Origin: Myxococcales bacterium
GTDB taxonomy: Bacteria > Myxococcota_A > Polyangia > Polyangiales > DASUME01
Reading direction: 5' to 3'
Assembly (NCBI GenBank): GCA_047601445.1
Contig: JASGJH010000001.1
Coordinates: forward strand, 864,001-928,000
Length of the DNA: 64,000 nt
The notes beneath the pieces were generated by a model, which saw only the letters and a list, made by a program, of their open reading frames with translations, was not told where the DNA came from and did not search any database. Made by a program: the position numbers and the translations under genes. Positions 1-8,902 of the stretch are shown here, piece after piece. Positions within the stretch are counted from its first letter, which is position 1. Every line of letters starts with the position of its first letter.

Positions 1-180
1 AAGTATCTGGTCGGGGAGCGCCTGAGTTTGGCGGACGTCTGTGTCGCGGTGCTGTTGCCGATGGCGGAAGAAATCCAGCTCCCGCTCGTCGAATTCGGGA
101 ATATTCGGCGTTGGCACGCTGGGCTCATGGAGTTGCCTGCCTGGCGCAATCCCTGGCCCGTGAGTGCGCCAACTGCGTGA
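1..180 (+). CDS. Glutathione S-transferase, C-terminal part (truncated by window edge)
   Basis: Frame 1 translated by hand: KYLVGERLSLADVCVAVLLPMAEEIQLPLVEFGNIRRWHAGLMELPAW...*. YLVG..LSLAD is the typical GST C-domain N-capping motif. Confidence 0.8.
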   Translation, partial: KYLVGERLSLADVCVAVLLPMAEEIQLPLVEFGNIRRWHAGLMELPAWRNPWPVSAPTA

Positions 181-319
181 GCTGCGTGAGTGCCCGGAGC
201 GGCGACGAGTGTTCAATGGGATGGCGCGGATCACACCAATCCAGGAAAAATCGGCCCATTCGAGGCGCGACGTGAACGGGGCTCGCATGGGCGGGCACTG
301 AGGCCCAACAGGAGGCCTC

Positions 320-1015
320 ATGTCGATACGGGTTCTTGGTCTGCTTGGTGTCATGGCGTGGCTCGCGGTCGCTTCGGGGGGCTGCACCATCACGAATTGC
401 GACGAGGGCGCGATCTGCCTCGGAGACGACGACGTGCGCGCGCGCTGCCGCGCCACGTGCGAGCGGCTCGAGGACTGCGGTGAGCTCGACGCCTACCAGC
501 GTGCGGGCTGCATCGACGCTTGCGACGATCAGGGCGACGACTCGCGCAGCGAGGACTTCGGTGAGTGCGTGGACGAGACCTCCTGCGGCCGGCTCGTGCG
601 CGTGTGCGGTCAGCCGCCGTTCGCGATCCCCGTGCCAGGTCATGGCGATGGAGACGGAGATGGAGACGCGCCGATCTTTGAGTGCGACGCCGGGTCGCCG
701 GAGCCCCATGACAGCGGAACGCCTCCCCCCGTGAGCGATGCCGGCAAGGAGCCTTCCCATGACGCGGGTAGCGACCCGCATCCCGACGCGGGTAGCGGAG
801 CCTGCCAACTCGATGGGGACTGTGCCGACAGCGAGGGCTGTCGCGACGGTGCCTGTCACGCCAAGTGCGTCGCCTCGTGCCAGTGTCGCCTGGGCGATGT
901 GTGCGAGGAAGGACTGTGCGTGAGCCCCCCGCCCGTGACGATGAGCTGTGAGACCGACTGCGATTGTCCATCGGGCGATCAATGCACGAACAAGGTATGC
1001 GTGAAGAGCGAGTAA
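320..1015 (+). CDS. Cys-rich secreted lipoprotein (myxobacterial type)
   Basis: Signal peptide ending ASGGC; two Cys-rich regions (C..D.DC...C..G.C repeats) separated by a GDGDGD/DAG low-complexity linker. Confidence 0.75.
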   Translation: MSIRVLGLLGVMAWLAVASGGCTITNCDEGAICLGDDDVRARCRATCERLEDCGELDAYQRAGCIDACDDQGDDSRSEDFGECVDETSCGRLVRVCGQPPFAIPVPGHGDGDGDGDAPIFECDAGSPEPHDSGTPPPVSDAGKEPSHDAGSDPHPDAGSGACQLDGDCADSEGCRDGACHAKCVASCQCRLGDVCEEGLCVSPPPVTMSCETDCDCPSGDQCTNKVCVKSE

Positions 1016-1296
1016 AGCCTCGGGCAACCGGCGGGGAACGCAGGGCGAAATTCCATGAATGCACGATCTGTCCGTGCTCATGAAACCTCGAAGAGCTCGA
1101 CGGATCCCGCGCGAGCCTCGCCGTGATGCGTGCGCGAGATCACGCGGGCTCTAGCAATCGCCCTAAATTCCCGGTTATTCATTCAATCTTCACCCCTGTT
1201 CCGTCGGCACACTGTCCTACCAAAAGCACGCGTGGGTCCGCGCTCGGGCGAAACTGGGTATCGGATCGGCACCTGGCTGGGCATACTCGCCCGGTT

Positions 1297-2964
1297 GTGC
1301 CAGCGCGCCTCTCACACATGCTGGTCGCCTCGTGCCTGGCGGGCTGCGTGGGCGCACTGGGAGAGCCTTCGGGTCCTCTCAACGGTTCCGCGCGTCCGGG
1401 CGATATCGGCGACAGCGCGGACGCCCCGCTGTCCGCGTGCACCAATCAGCCGAGTGCGGCCGCTGCGCCGCTGAGGCGCCTGACGCGCAAGGAGTACACC
1501 CGCGCGGTGCGCGATGTGTTCGGGGTCACCACCAGCGCGGCCGATGCCTTTGCGGCGGACGAGCGCGTAGGGGGGACGTTCGCCAGCAATGCGGACGCCA
1601 ACGTGGCCACCATCCAGCTACGCCAGTACATGGAGGCGGCGGAGGCCATCAGCACCCAGGTCGACGTGGGCGCCCTCATGGCGTGTCCTGCCGCGAGCGC
1701 CGATGAGCTGGCTTGCGTGACTCACTTCCTCGATTCGGTGGGCCGACGTGCGTACCGCCGGCCACTCGCGGACGACGAGCGTGAGCGCCTGCTCTCGCTG
1801 TTCACCAGCTTGCGCACGAACGACGATTTCGAGAGCAGCATGCGGGTGCTGGTGCAGACGCTGCTCCAATCGCCCCACTTCCTCTACCACCTCGAGCTCG
1901 ACAATTCGGCGGCTCCCCGCCCCATCAACGGGCTCGCGAGCCTGCCGGCCTTCGCGCGCGCATCTCGCATGGCCTTCCTGCTGTGGGCGAGCGTGCCGGA
2001 CGACGCGCTCCTCGACGCGGCTGGACGCGGCGAGCTCGACGCGACGGATGGCGTGCGCGCCCAGGCCCAGCGCATGCTGGACGACCCTCGCGCCAGGGAC
2101 GCTCTCGGAGAGTTTCACGCGGAGTGGCTGGGGCTCGAGCGCCTCGAAGGGGCCACGCGTGACCCGGCCATCTATCCCGAGTGGAACGCTGACTTGGCGA
2201 ACGCGCTGCGCGCCGACGTCGAGCGCTATGCGGACGAGCTGGTGCGTGGACGCCAGGCGAGTTTTCGCGAGTTGATCTCGACGTCGCTCTCTTTCGCACA
2301 AGGGGCGAGCCTGGCCTTGTTCGGAGCCGGCGAGGCGACTCCACAGGCGGATGGAGCGCTCTCTTTGGATCCGGCCCGCCGCGCTGGGCTGCTCACCCAA
2401 CCGGGCTTTTTGGCCGCCCACTCCCACATGAACCAGAGCGCACCCGTGCAGCGCGGGCGCGCCATTCGGGAGCGACTCTTTTGCCAGCCTCTGCCGGATC
2501 CCCCTCCGAACGTGGCCGCCAATCCCCCACCTCTCGACGCGATGCTCACCACCCGCGAGCGCTTCGCGCTGCACCAGACTTCCGGCTCTGCCTGCGCCAA
2601 TTGCCACCAGTTGATCGACGGCATCGGCTTCTCGCTCGAGCACTACGATGCACTCGGGCGCTTCCGCGCCAACGAAAACGGCAAGCCCATCGACGCGCAC
2701 TTTTCGCTCACCTCCACGGACGTGGATGGGGACTACGACGGCGCCCTCGCACTCTCGGAGCAGGTCGCCCAGAGCGCCCAGGCACGCAGCTGCTATGCGA
2801 CGCAGTGGTTTCGCTTCGGGTTTGGTCGTGTCGAGCAGAAAGCCGATGCCTGCAGCGTTCAGCGAGCGAGCGAGGCGCTCCAGGACGACGGCGCCATTCG
2901 CGACATGTTGCTGAGCATGGTGGTGAGCGATTCGTTCTTGTACCAGGTCGTGGAGGAACCATGA
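1297..2964 (+). CDS. DUF1592/DUF1588/DUF1595-type (PSD/PSCyt) lipoprotein
   Basis: LRRLTRKEY, RAYRRPL, LLQSPHFLYHLE, LLWASVPDDALL, RRAGLLTQPGFL, PVQRG, CANCH heme-like motif, IGFSLEHYDALGRFR. Lipobox LAGC suggests GTG 1297 as start (ORF is open from 1123). Confidence 0.9.
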   Translation: MPARLSHMLVASCLAGCVGALGEPSGPLNGSARPGDIGDSADAPLSACTNQPSAAAAPLRRLTRKEYTRAVRDVFGVTTSAADAFAADERVGGTFASNADANVATIQLRQYMEAAEAISTQVDVGALMACPAASADELACVTHFLDSVGRRAYRRPLADDERERLLSLFTSLRTNDDFESSMRVLVQTLLQSPHFLYHLELDNSAAPRPINGLASLPAFARASRMAFLLWASVPDDALLDAAGRGELDATDGVRAQAQRMLDDPRARDALGEFHAEWLGLERLEGATRDPAIYPEWNADLANALRADVERYADELVRGRQASFRELISTSLSFAQGASLALFGAGEATPQADGALSLDPARRAGLLTQPGFLAAHSHMNQSAPVQRGRAIRERLFCQPLPDPPPNVAANPPPLDAMLTTRERFALHQTSGSACANCHQLIDGIGFSLEHYDALGRFRANENGKPIDAHFSLTSTDVDGDYDGALALSEQVAQSAQARSCYATQWFRFGFGRVEQKADACSVQRASEALQDDGAIRDMLLSMVVSDSFLYQVVEEP

Positions 2965-4325
2965 GCGGGAAGTCCCGCAGCCAAGGCGCTTCTCCGCGCG
3001 GCGGTATGCTCTCTCGGCGTCAGCTTCTGGGCGCCCTCGGCGCGAGCGCGTTCGCTGCCCCTTGGTTGCCCTTGCTCAACGTGAGCGGCCAAGAAGAGGC
3101 GCCGCGTCGGCTCGTGCTGTTCTTCACGCCGCACGGCACGGTGTGGGATCAGTTTCGACCCACCGGCACCGAGACGGACTTCAAGCTTTCGCGCATCCTG
3201 CAGCCGCTGGCAGCGCACCAACGGAAGATCGTGGTCCTCGATGGACTTGGCGTGCGCGATGACGGCCCCGGAGCGCCTCACACCAAGGGCCCGGCCTTGC
3301 TCTACACGGCCTCGCCGCTGCTCGACGACGGCGCCTTCGTGCGCGAGGACTGCTCGGGAGGGTGCACGTTCGGCTGGAACAGCGCGGCCTCCATGGACCA
3401 GATCCTCGCGAAGGGCATGGAGGGGATCACACCCTACAAGTCCCTCGAGTTCGGCGTGCGCTCGGGAGGAGGCTTTCCGGGCGCTCATATCTCCTACGCT
3501 GGACCCAAGACCCCGATGCCGCCGCGGCAGGATCCCGTGGCAGCCTTCAACGAGCTGTTTGCCAACCTCAACTTGCCGGAGGGCGAGGCTGCGCGCTTGC
3601 GCCGCCGCCGCGAGGCCATGATGAAGGTGGTGGGGGCAGAGCTCAGCGCCATCGAAGCGCGCGTGCCAAGCGCCGACCGACTCAAGGTGCAAGCCCATCG
3701 CTCGGCACTGTCGGATCTGCAGACCCAGCTCTTCCGCCCGGTTCCCGCGTGTACGCTCCCGGCCAAGCCCAACGTGGCCGACCGGCCCAGCGACGCCGCA
3801 GACTCGGTCCCGTGGATCCTGGACCGTCAGACCGAACTGCTGGTGGCGGCCCTGCGCTGTGATCTCACGCGCATCGCGTCGCTGCAGCTGCGTGTGGGCG
3901 AGAACGACGGCTATCCCTATCGCTTCGTGGGCGTCGACGTGGAGCACCACGGGATCAGCCACGAGACCACGGTGGAGTCCCTCGAGAAGCTCGCCACCAT
4001 CTACACCTGGTATGCGGATCGGTTTGCGCACCTGCTCGACCTGCTCGACAGCGTGCCCGAGGGCGACGGCACCATGCTCGACAACACGCTGGTGATCTGG
4101 GGCAGTGAGATCGGCACGGGCTATACCCACGATTTCGGGAACGTACCCTTCGTGGTGGCTGGCGGTGGGGCTCACGGCGTGCAGACCGGGCGCTACCTCA
4201 AGGTCCCGAAGGGCACGTACCACAACCGCCTGCTCGTTAGCGCCATGCGCTTCATGGGCAGCAACGTGGACACGTTCGGCACCACCGACCAGGAGCGAGG
4301 GTCCCTGCCCGGGCTGGGCGTCTGA
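2961..4325 (+). CDS. DUF1552 (HXXSHH) family protein with Tat signal
   Basis: ATGA overlap with the upstream stop; twin-arginine SRRQLL; RRLVLFFTPHG, SMDQ, ALRCDLTR, HHGISH, EGDGTMLDNTLVIWGSE. Confidence 0.9.
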   Translation: MSGKSRSQGASPRGGMLSRRQLLGALGASAFAAPWLPLLNVSGQEEAPRRLVLFFTPHGTVWDQFRPTGTETDFKLSRILQPLAAHQRKIVVLDGLGVRDDGPGAPHTKGPALLYTASPLLDDGAFVREDCSGGCTFGWNSAASMDQILAKGMEGITPYKSLEFGVRSGGGFPGAHISYAGPKTPMPPRQDPVAAFNELFANLNLPEGEAARLRRRREAMMKVVGAELSAIEARVPSADRLKVQAHRSALSDLQTQLFRPVPACTLPAKPNVADRPSDAADSVPWILDRQTELLVAALRCDLTRIASLQLRVGENDGYPYRFVGVDVEHHGISHETTVESLEKLATIYTWYADRFAHLLDLLDSVPEGDGTMLDNTLVIWGSEIGTGYTHDFGNVPFVVAGGGAHGVQTGRYLKVPKGTYHNRLLVSAMRFMGSNVDTFGTTDQERGSLPGLGV

Positions 4326-4328
4326 CGG

Positions 4329-5307
4329 TCACAGCACGGCGTGCAGACGGGTCCGGCGCGCGCACCACACGGTGAACAGGGTCGCGCCGAAGCCGAACCC
4401 GATGCGTGCCCAGGCTGACCCGCCGAGGCCGACTGCGAACAGCGCGGGCTCCACCAGGCACTGAAAGAGCAGCGGGTGCAGCACGTAGCCACCCAACATC
4501 AGCGGCGCGAGCCGCGTCGTCACGGGATTCTGCTTGATTGGGCAGCTGAGCCGCCAGCGCGAGCAGCGCAAGGGCCACCGCATAGCGTCGCGCACAGGGT
4601 GCAAGCGGGGAGAGCAGCAGGCCCATGAGCGCGATCAGGCAGGCGAGCCCCCAAAGCCATGTCGCCGCGCTCGAGCCGCGTCCTTCCCGCGAGAGCAATC
4701 GCCCCGTGGCGAAGCCGAAGCACACGGCCGGCACACTGAAGCTCCATTGTTCATAGGGCCAGCCGTGCGGCGCGTACGGACACCACGCGAGCGCGAGCAA
4801 ACCCAGCGCGAACGCGGCGGCGGCTATCCACCAGGGTTCCAGGTCCCAGGTCGCGCGTTGCGCGAAGTGGGCCAGTACCCCCGCGAATGCGGCCACCGGC
4901 AAGAACCACAGGTGAATTTGCGGGCCATAGAGCCACATCTCTTGGCGAAACCAGCCGAGCGCAGGCGCGCCTTTTGCCATCGCGAGCGCGCTCGACACCA
5001 GCGCGATCACAGCGGACCAGAACAGCCAGGGCACGATCACGCGTCGGAGCCGCTTATCGATCACCGCCCAGGTGTCGGCCGCTTCCCGCCGCTGCACCCC
5101 GAAGGCCACGGCCAGCAACATGAAGAGCGGCGTACCCGCGCCCCAGAACAGGTGCTCGCCCGCGAGATGAGAGCCCACGATGTCGAGGCTTGCGATCACG
5201 CGCAGGCGGTCCCAGTTGTGCTGATACGTCGGGCCCTGAGTCTGGGCTTGCTCGAACGTGCTCTGGGCGTGAACAAGGAGGGCGGCGTCCTGCGGCGTGA
5301 CGTGCAC
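4329..5307 (-). CDS. Acyltransferase family 3 membrane protein, frameshifted at ~4528 (probable sequencing indel)
   Basis: N-part: WDRLRVIA..DIVGSH, KRLRRVIVPWLFWS, HLWFLP. C-part in another frame: LAPLMLGGYVLHPLL. Removing one base at GATTC 4526-4530 joins them. Confidence 0.75.
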
Positions 5308-5402
5308 CCGCCCTCACTACCGTCCTCGAGCAACGAGCGCGTGGCCTCCCAGCGAAGCCCCGGCAACGGCTCGTTGACGAGCGCGGTCCTAGCCGGGCGG
5401 GG

Positions 5403-6101
5403 TCAGCGCCACTTGTAGCCGCAGCCCACCATCTGGCGGAACAGGGCGTGATCCCGGTAGTAGAAGCTGTCGGAGCCGTACTGGGCACCCACGTTGAAGA
5501 CCAACGTAAAGAAGATGGCTTCGCGCCAGAAGGCTTCGAGACCCAGCACGACCCAGGTGGCACCGGCGAAGCGCGTGTCGCCCTCGCTCGCGTGTCGCCC
5601 CTTGCCGTTCCACATGCCGAGCTGCTGCTCGATGCCGAGGTCGATCTTGAAGAGCTTGGGCAGCGCGATGTCCGTGACGAAGCCGCCTACTACGCCGAGA
5701 CCAATCGCGCGCGCCTCACAGTCACGGCAGGCGTTGCCGACGTGGAAGTAGGGGCCGATCTTGAAGGCGCCATTGGCCTTGGACCAGTGCGACACCAAGA
5801 AGCGGAACGGAGCGCGCAGGTCGAGGCCCACGTTCTGACCCCAGCCCGGCAAGGGGTCGTTCCCGAAGGTGGGGATGGCCGCTTCGATGCCCACGTCGCG
5901 ATTGCCGCCGCCGCCCAGGTAGAGCGACGCCTTGAGCGCCGCGTAGCCCACTTCGCCCAGCACGACGTTGCCCACGACGGGTGTACCGCCGTGCACGGTG
6001 GGCGTGGAGGTCGAGGGCGTGGGCACCTGGGCTTCGGCCACTCGGGTGATCCCCACGAGCATCGAGATGGCGACCAGCGCGCCGAGAAGAAAGCCTCGCA
6101 T
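5403..6101 (-). CDS. Hypothetical secreted/outer-membrane beta-barrel-like protein
   Basis: Signal peptide (AEA-Q), alternating amphipathic beta-strand pattern, aromatic C-terminus (GCGYKWR). Confidence 0.6.
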   Translation of the reverse strand: MRGFLLGALVAISMLVGITRVAEAQVPTPSTSTPTVHGGTPVVGNVVLGEVGYAALKASLYLGGGGNRDVGIEAAIPTFGNDPLPGWGQNVGLDLRAPFRFLVSHWSKANGAFKIGPYFHVGNACRDCEARAIGLGVVGGFVTDIALPKLFKIDLGIEQQLGMWNGKGRHASEGDTRFAGATWVVLGLEAFWREAIFFTLVFNVGAQYGSDSFYYRDHALFRQMVGCGYKWR

Positions 6102-6263
6102 GCTTCTTGTCAGTCCTTTCTGATGCTGGCGTACAACGGCCAGCCATTGGGGCGAAGTATTGGACGCGCGCGCTGATTTGCACGCATCCTGCGGGAAATT
6201 CTGGGTTCACGAGCCAGGGCGACAGGAGCGCCATGACGGTCTCAATTCGCCCCAGCGCTCGCC

Positions 6264-7543
6264 CTATTTGCTGCGGACCATGGTGACCTTGGCCGCTCCC
6301 ATCAAGAAGCTGCCGCCTGGCAGAAATTGCTCCATGGCAGGCGCACCGTAGAAGACCTGCAGCAACTTCGCGGTCTGTACCACTTTGACACTGTGGATGA
6401 TGTCGTCGTCGCGGAACAGCGGCTGCGGCAAGAACGAGACGTGGCCGCCAGCGAAGTACACCAGCGCGCTGGGCGAGGGCGCTCCGCGGTAGAAATTCAG
6501 CGCGTTGTGCTTGGCCTCTGGATTGACCGAGTCAGGAGGCACGCCGAAGATCAGGGACTCCGCGTGCATGAATTGCAGAACTCCCTCGGGATGCATGATC
6601 ATGCTGGTCAGGGCGCCGCAGTTCGGAGCGACCGGCAACGAGTCGCAGATGTTGGCATCCACGAAGCACGGTGGGCCGCCCGCGTTCGAAGGATCCCAGC
6701 CGAACACCAGGTCCACGCGCGGGTCGAGGGCCGCCAGATAGAACGCGAGCTTGCCGCCCTTGGAGTGCCCACTGGCAGCGATTTGCTGGCGTCGATGCTG
6801 GGTCCGAAGCTCGGATGGGCGAGGATCCAGTCGAGCACCTCTTGCAGCTGGAGCGCTTCGCGATCGTGTTGGGCGCTGGTGCTGCTGCCCTGGGTGTCCA
6901 CGCCGAGCACGATGAAGCCATGGCTGGCGAAGTGGTTCGAGAGCTCGGCATAGAGAGCGTAGTTGGCCTGGAAGCCCGGCAGCACGAACAGTAGCGGGTA
7001 CACGCCCGGCGCGAGCGTCGTCGAAGAGCCTTCGGCGGCGGGTCCGTAGAGGGTCGCGTTCAAGGTCAGGGCGTCGGGCTCGACGATGGTTTGTCCGGCC
7101 GCCGTGCGCATCTCGGGCTGGATGGGAACGGAGAGGTCCTGAGCGAACAGCGGGTAGGGGCCTGGTTGGCCGAGGTCGCGTCCGCTGACATCGAGCTGTT
7201 GGGTCGCGCCCACGTCCGCGCGCACGTGGCCACCGACGAAGTCGAGATCTTCTCCGCAGGGAGCGGCGGCGTCGGGTAGCGCGTCAGGGCCTGCGTCAGC
7301 ACCCGCATCCGCCCCGCCGAGCGGGGGGCCGGCATCGCCGTGGGGTAGCGGTGGAGCGCGGTCGTCATCGCCATCGCCGTCTCCTGACTCGGCGTTCGAC
7401 CCGTCGTCGTCCGGCGCTGCATCGCGCCTGGGACTGGGAGAGCTCGAGCCCATGTCGCAGCCCGACGTCAGCACCATCGCCAGCGTGGCAGCACCGACGC
7501 GGGGCCACAGCGAGCTTGCCCAACTCGTACGAACATCCGGCAT
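6264..7543 (-). CDS. Chlorophyllase/cutinase-like alpha/beta hydrolase lipoprotein, frameshifted at ~6782
   Basis: Lipobox TSGC; YPLLFVLPGF, HFASHGFIVLGVD. After a +1 correction it reads SKIAASGHSKGGKLAFYLAALDPRVDLVFGWDP (GxSxG elbow); GGHVSF catalytic His region. Confidence 0.75.
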
Positions 7544-7672
7544 GCGCACCTGCGGTCGAAGTCCGGGCGCTCGGGTGCGAGCGGTCCGGCTCGGCAAGCT
7601 AGCGTGCGGTTCGATGTCCTTGCAAGCCCGGGCCGTACAACCCGTGTGACCTTGGGGGCCAGCCCGCGTGCG

Positions 7673-8725
7673 TCAATCCGGGAGCCCCAGGTCGTGCCAC
7701 CTCACCATGCCACCTGCGAGGTTCGCTACCTTGCTAAAGCCCGCCTTCTTCAAGATCAACGTGCCCATGCCGGCGCGCTTGCCCGTCTGGCACACCACCA
7801 CCACTGGCTTCTCCCGGCTGATCTCTCCGCTGCGCGCCCGCAGCTCGTCGATGGGGATGAGCTGTGCGCCGTTCAAATGTCCGAGCTGGCCGTCGAACTC
7901 CGCCGCGCTGCGCACGTCGAGGATGTGCACATCGTCGCGATGCCGAGCTACCCACTCCGCGGCAATCTCGGTGAGTCCCGCGTAGGTCGTGATCACGGGA
8001 GCCCACTCGTGCACCGGGAGCCTGTCTTCTACCTCAGGGCGTCCCGAACGCATGTTGGCGGGGAGGGCATGATTGATCTGCTTCGGATGCGGTAAGCCCA
8101 GGTTCATCATGTAGCCCACGAAGTCCTCTTCGCGTGCCTCGCCGCCGATGCGCGGGTTGTACCTCTTCTCCTCGCCGATGGTACTCGCGGTGCGCCCCTC
8201 GTAATCGTGCGCCGGATACACCAGGTAGTCGTCCGGGAGGCTGAAGAGGCGCTCCTCGATGGAGCGATAGAGCTGCTGCGGACTACCGCCCTGAAAGTCC
8301 GTGCGTCCCGCGCCGCGCACGAGCAGGGCGTCGCCCGTGAACACCATGCGTTGGTCGTGACCGACGAAGGACAAGCACCCGCTGGTGTGCCCGGGGGTCG
8401 CCCGCACTTCGAGTGTGTGCGCGCCAAACTGCAACGTGTCTCCGTCGCGCAGCGGACGATCCACGTGGGCCGCGTCGTAGACGCCCGAGAGCGCCACCTG
8501 GGCCCCCAGCTCCACCTTCATGAGCCAGGCACCCGTGACATGGTCCGCATGACAGTGCGTATCGACGCTGTAGAGGAGCTTGAGACCGAGCTCGCGCAGC
8601 AGGGCCGCATCGCGCGTGTGCTGCTCGAAGACCGGATCGATCACGATCGCTTCGCGCGACTGCTCGTCGGCGAGCACATAGGTATAGGTGCTCGAAACGT
8701 GATCGAAGAGCTGGCGAAAGAGCAC
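7673..8725 (-). CDS. Persulfide dioxygenase (ETHE1-like MBL fold) fused to a rhodanese domain
   Basis: MLFRQLFD, SSTYTY, THCHADHVTG, TPGHT, FTGDALLVRGAGRTDFQ, YPAHDY, LPHPKQI; C-terminal DVRS..EF and CQTGKRA rhodanese loop. Confidence 0.9.
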   Translation of the reverse strand: MLFRQLFDHVSSTYTYVLADEQSREAIVIDPVFEQHTRDAALLRELGLKLLYSVDTHCHADHVTGAWLMKVELGAQVALSGVYDAAHVDRPLRDGDTLQFGAHTLEVRATPGHTSGCLSFVGHDQRMVFTGDALLVRGAGRTDFQGGSPQQLYRSIEERLFSLPDDYLVYPAHDYEGRTASTIGEEKRYNPRIGGEAREEDFVGYMMNLGLPHPKQINHALPANMRSGRPEVEDRLPVHEWAPVITTYAGLTEIAAEWVARHRDDVHILDVRSAAEFDGQLGHLNGAQLIPIDELRARSGEISREKPVVVVCQTGKRAGMGTLILKKAGFSKVANLAGGMVRWHDLGLPD

Positions 8726-8902
8726 GGGTCACCTCCAGGGCTTGCCGCCCATGACGCTAGTGAGTCACGGCCAGGCCGCCTCGTCGAGTACATGCACTTA
8801 CATGCTGGATCGCCTCCCAACCCTCGGACCACCCTAATATTCCGGTGATTTGGCTCACTGGTAGGGTTAAGGCCGGAGATTCGGCGTGCCTTCGATCACG
8901 TT

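Noticed and set aside
172..192. CTGCGTGAG direct repeat after the GST stop
   Set aside because: Only two 9-bp copies; not distinguishable from chance or a local duplication.
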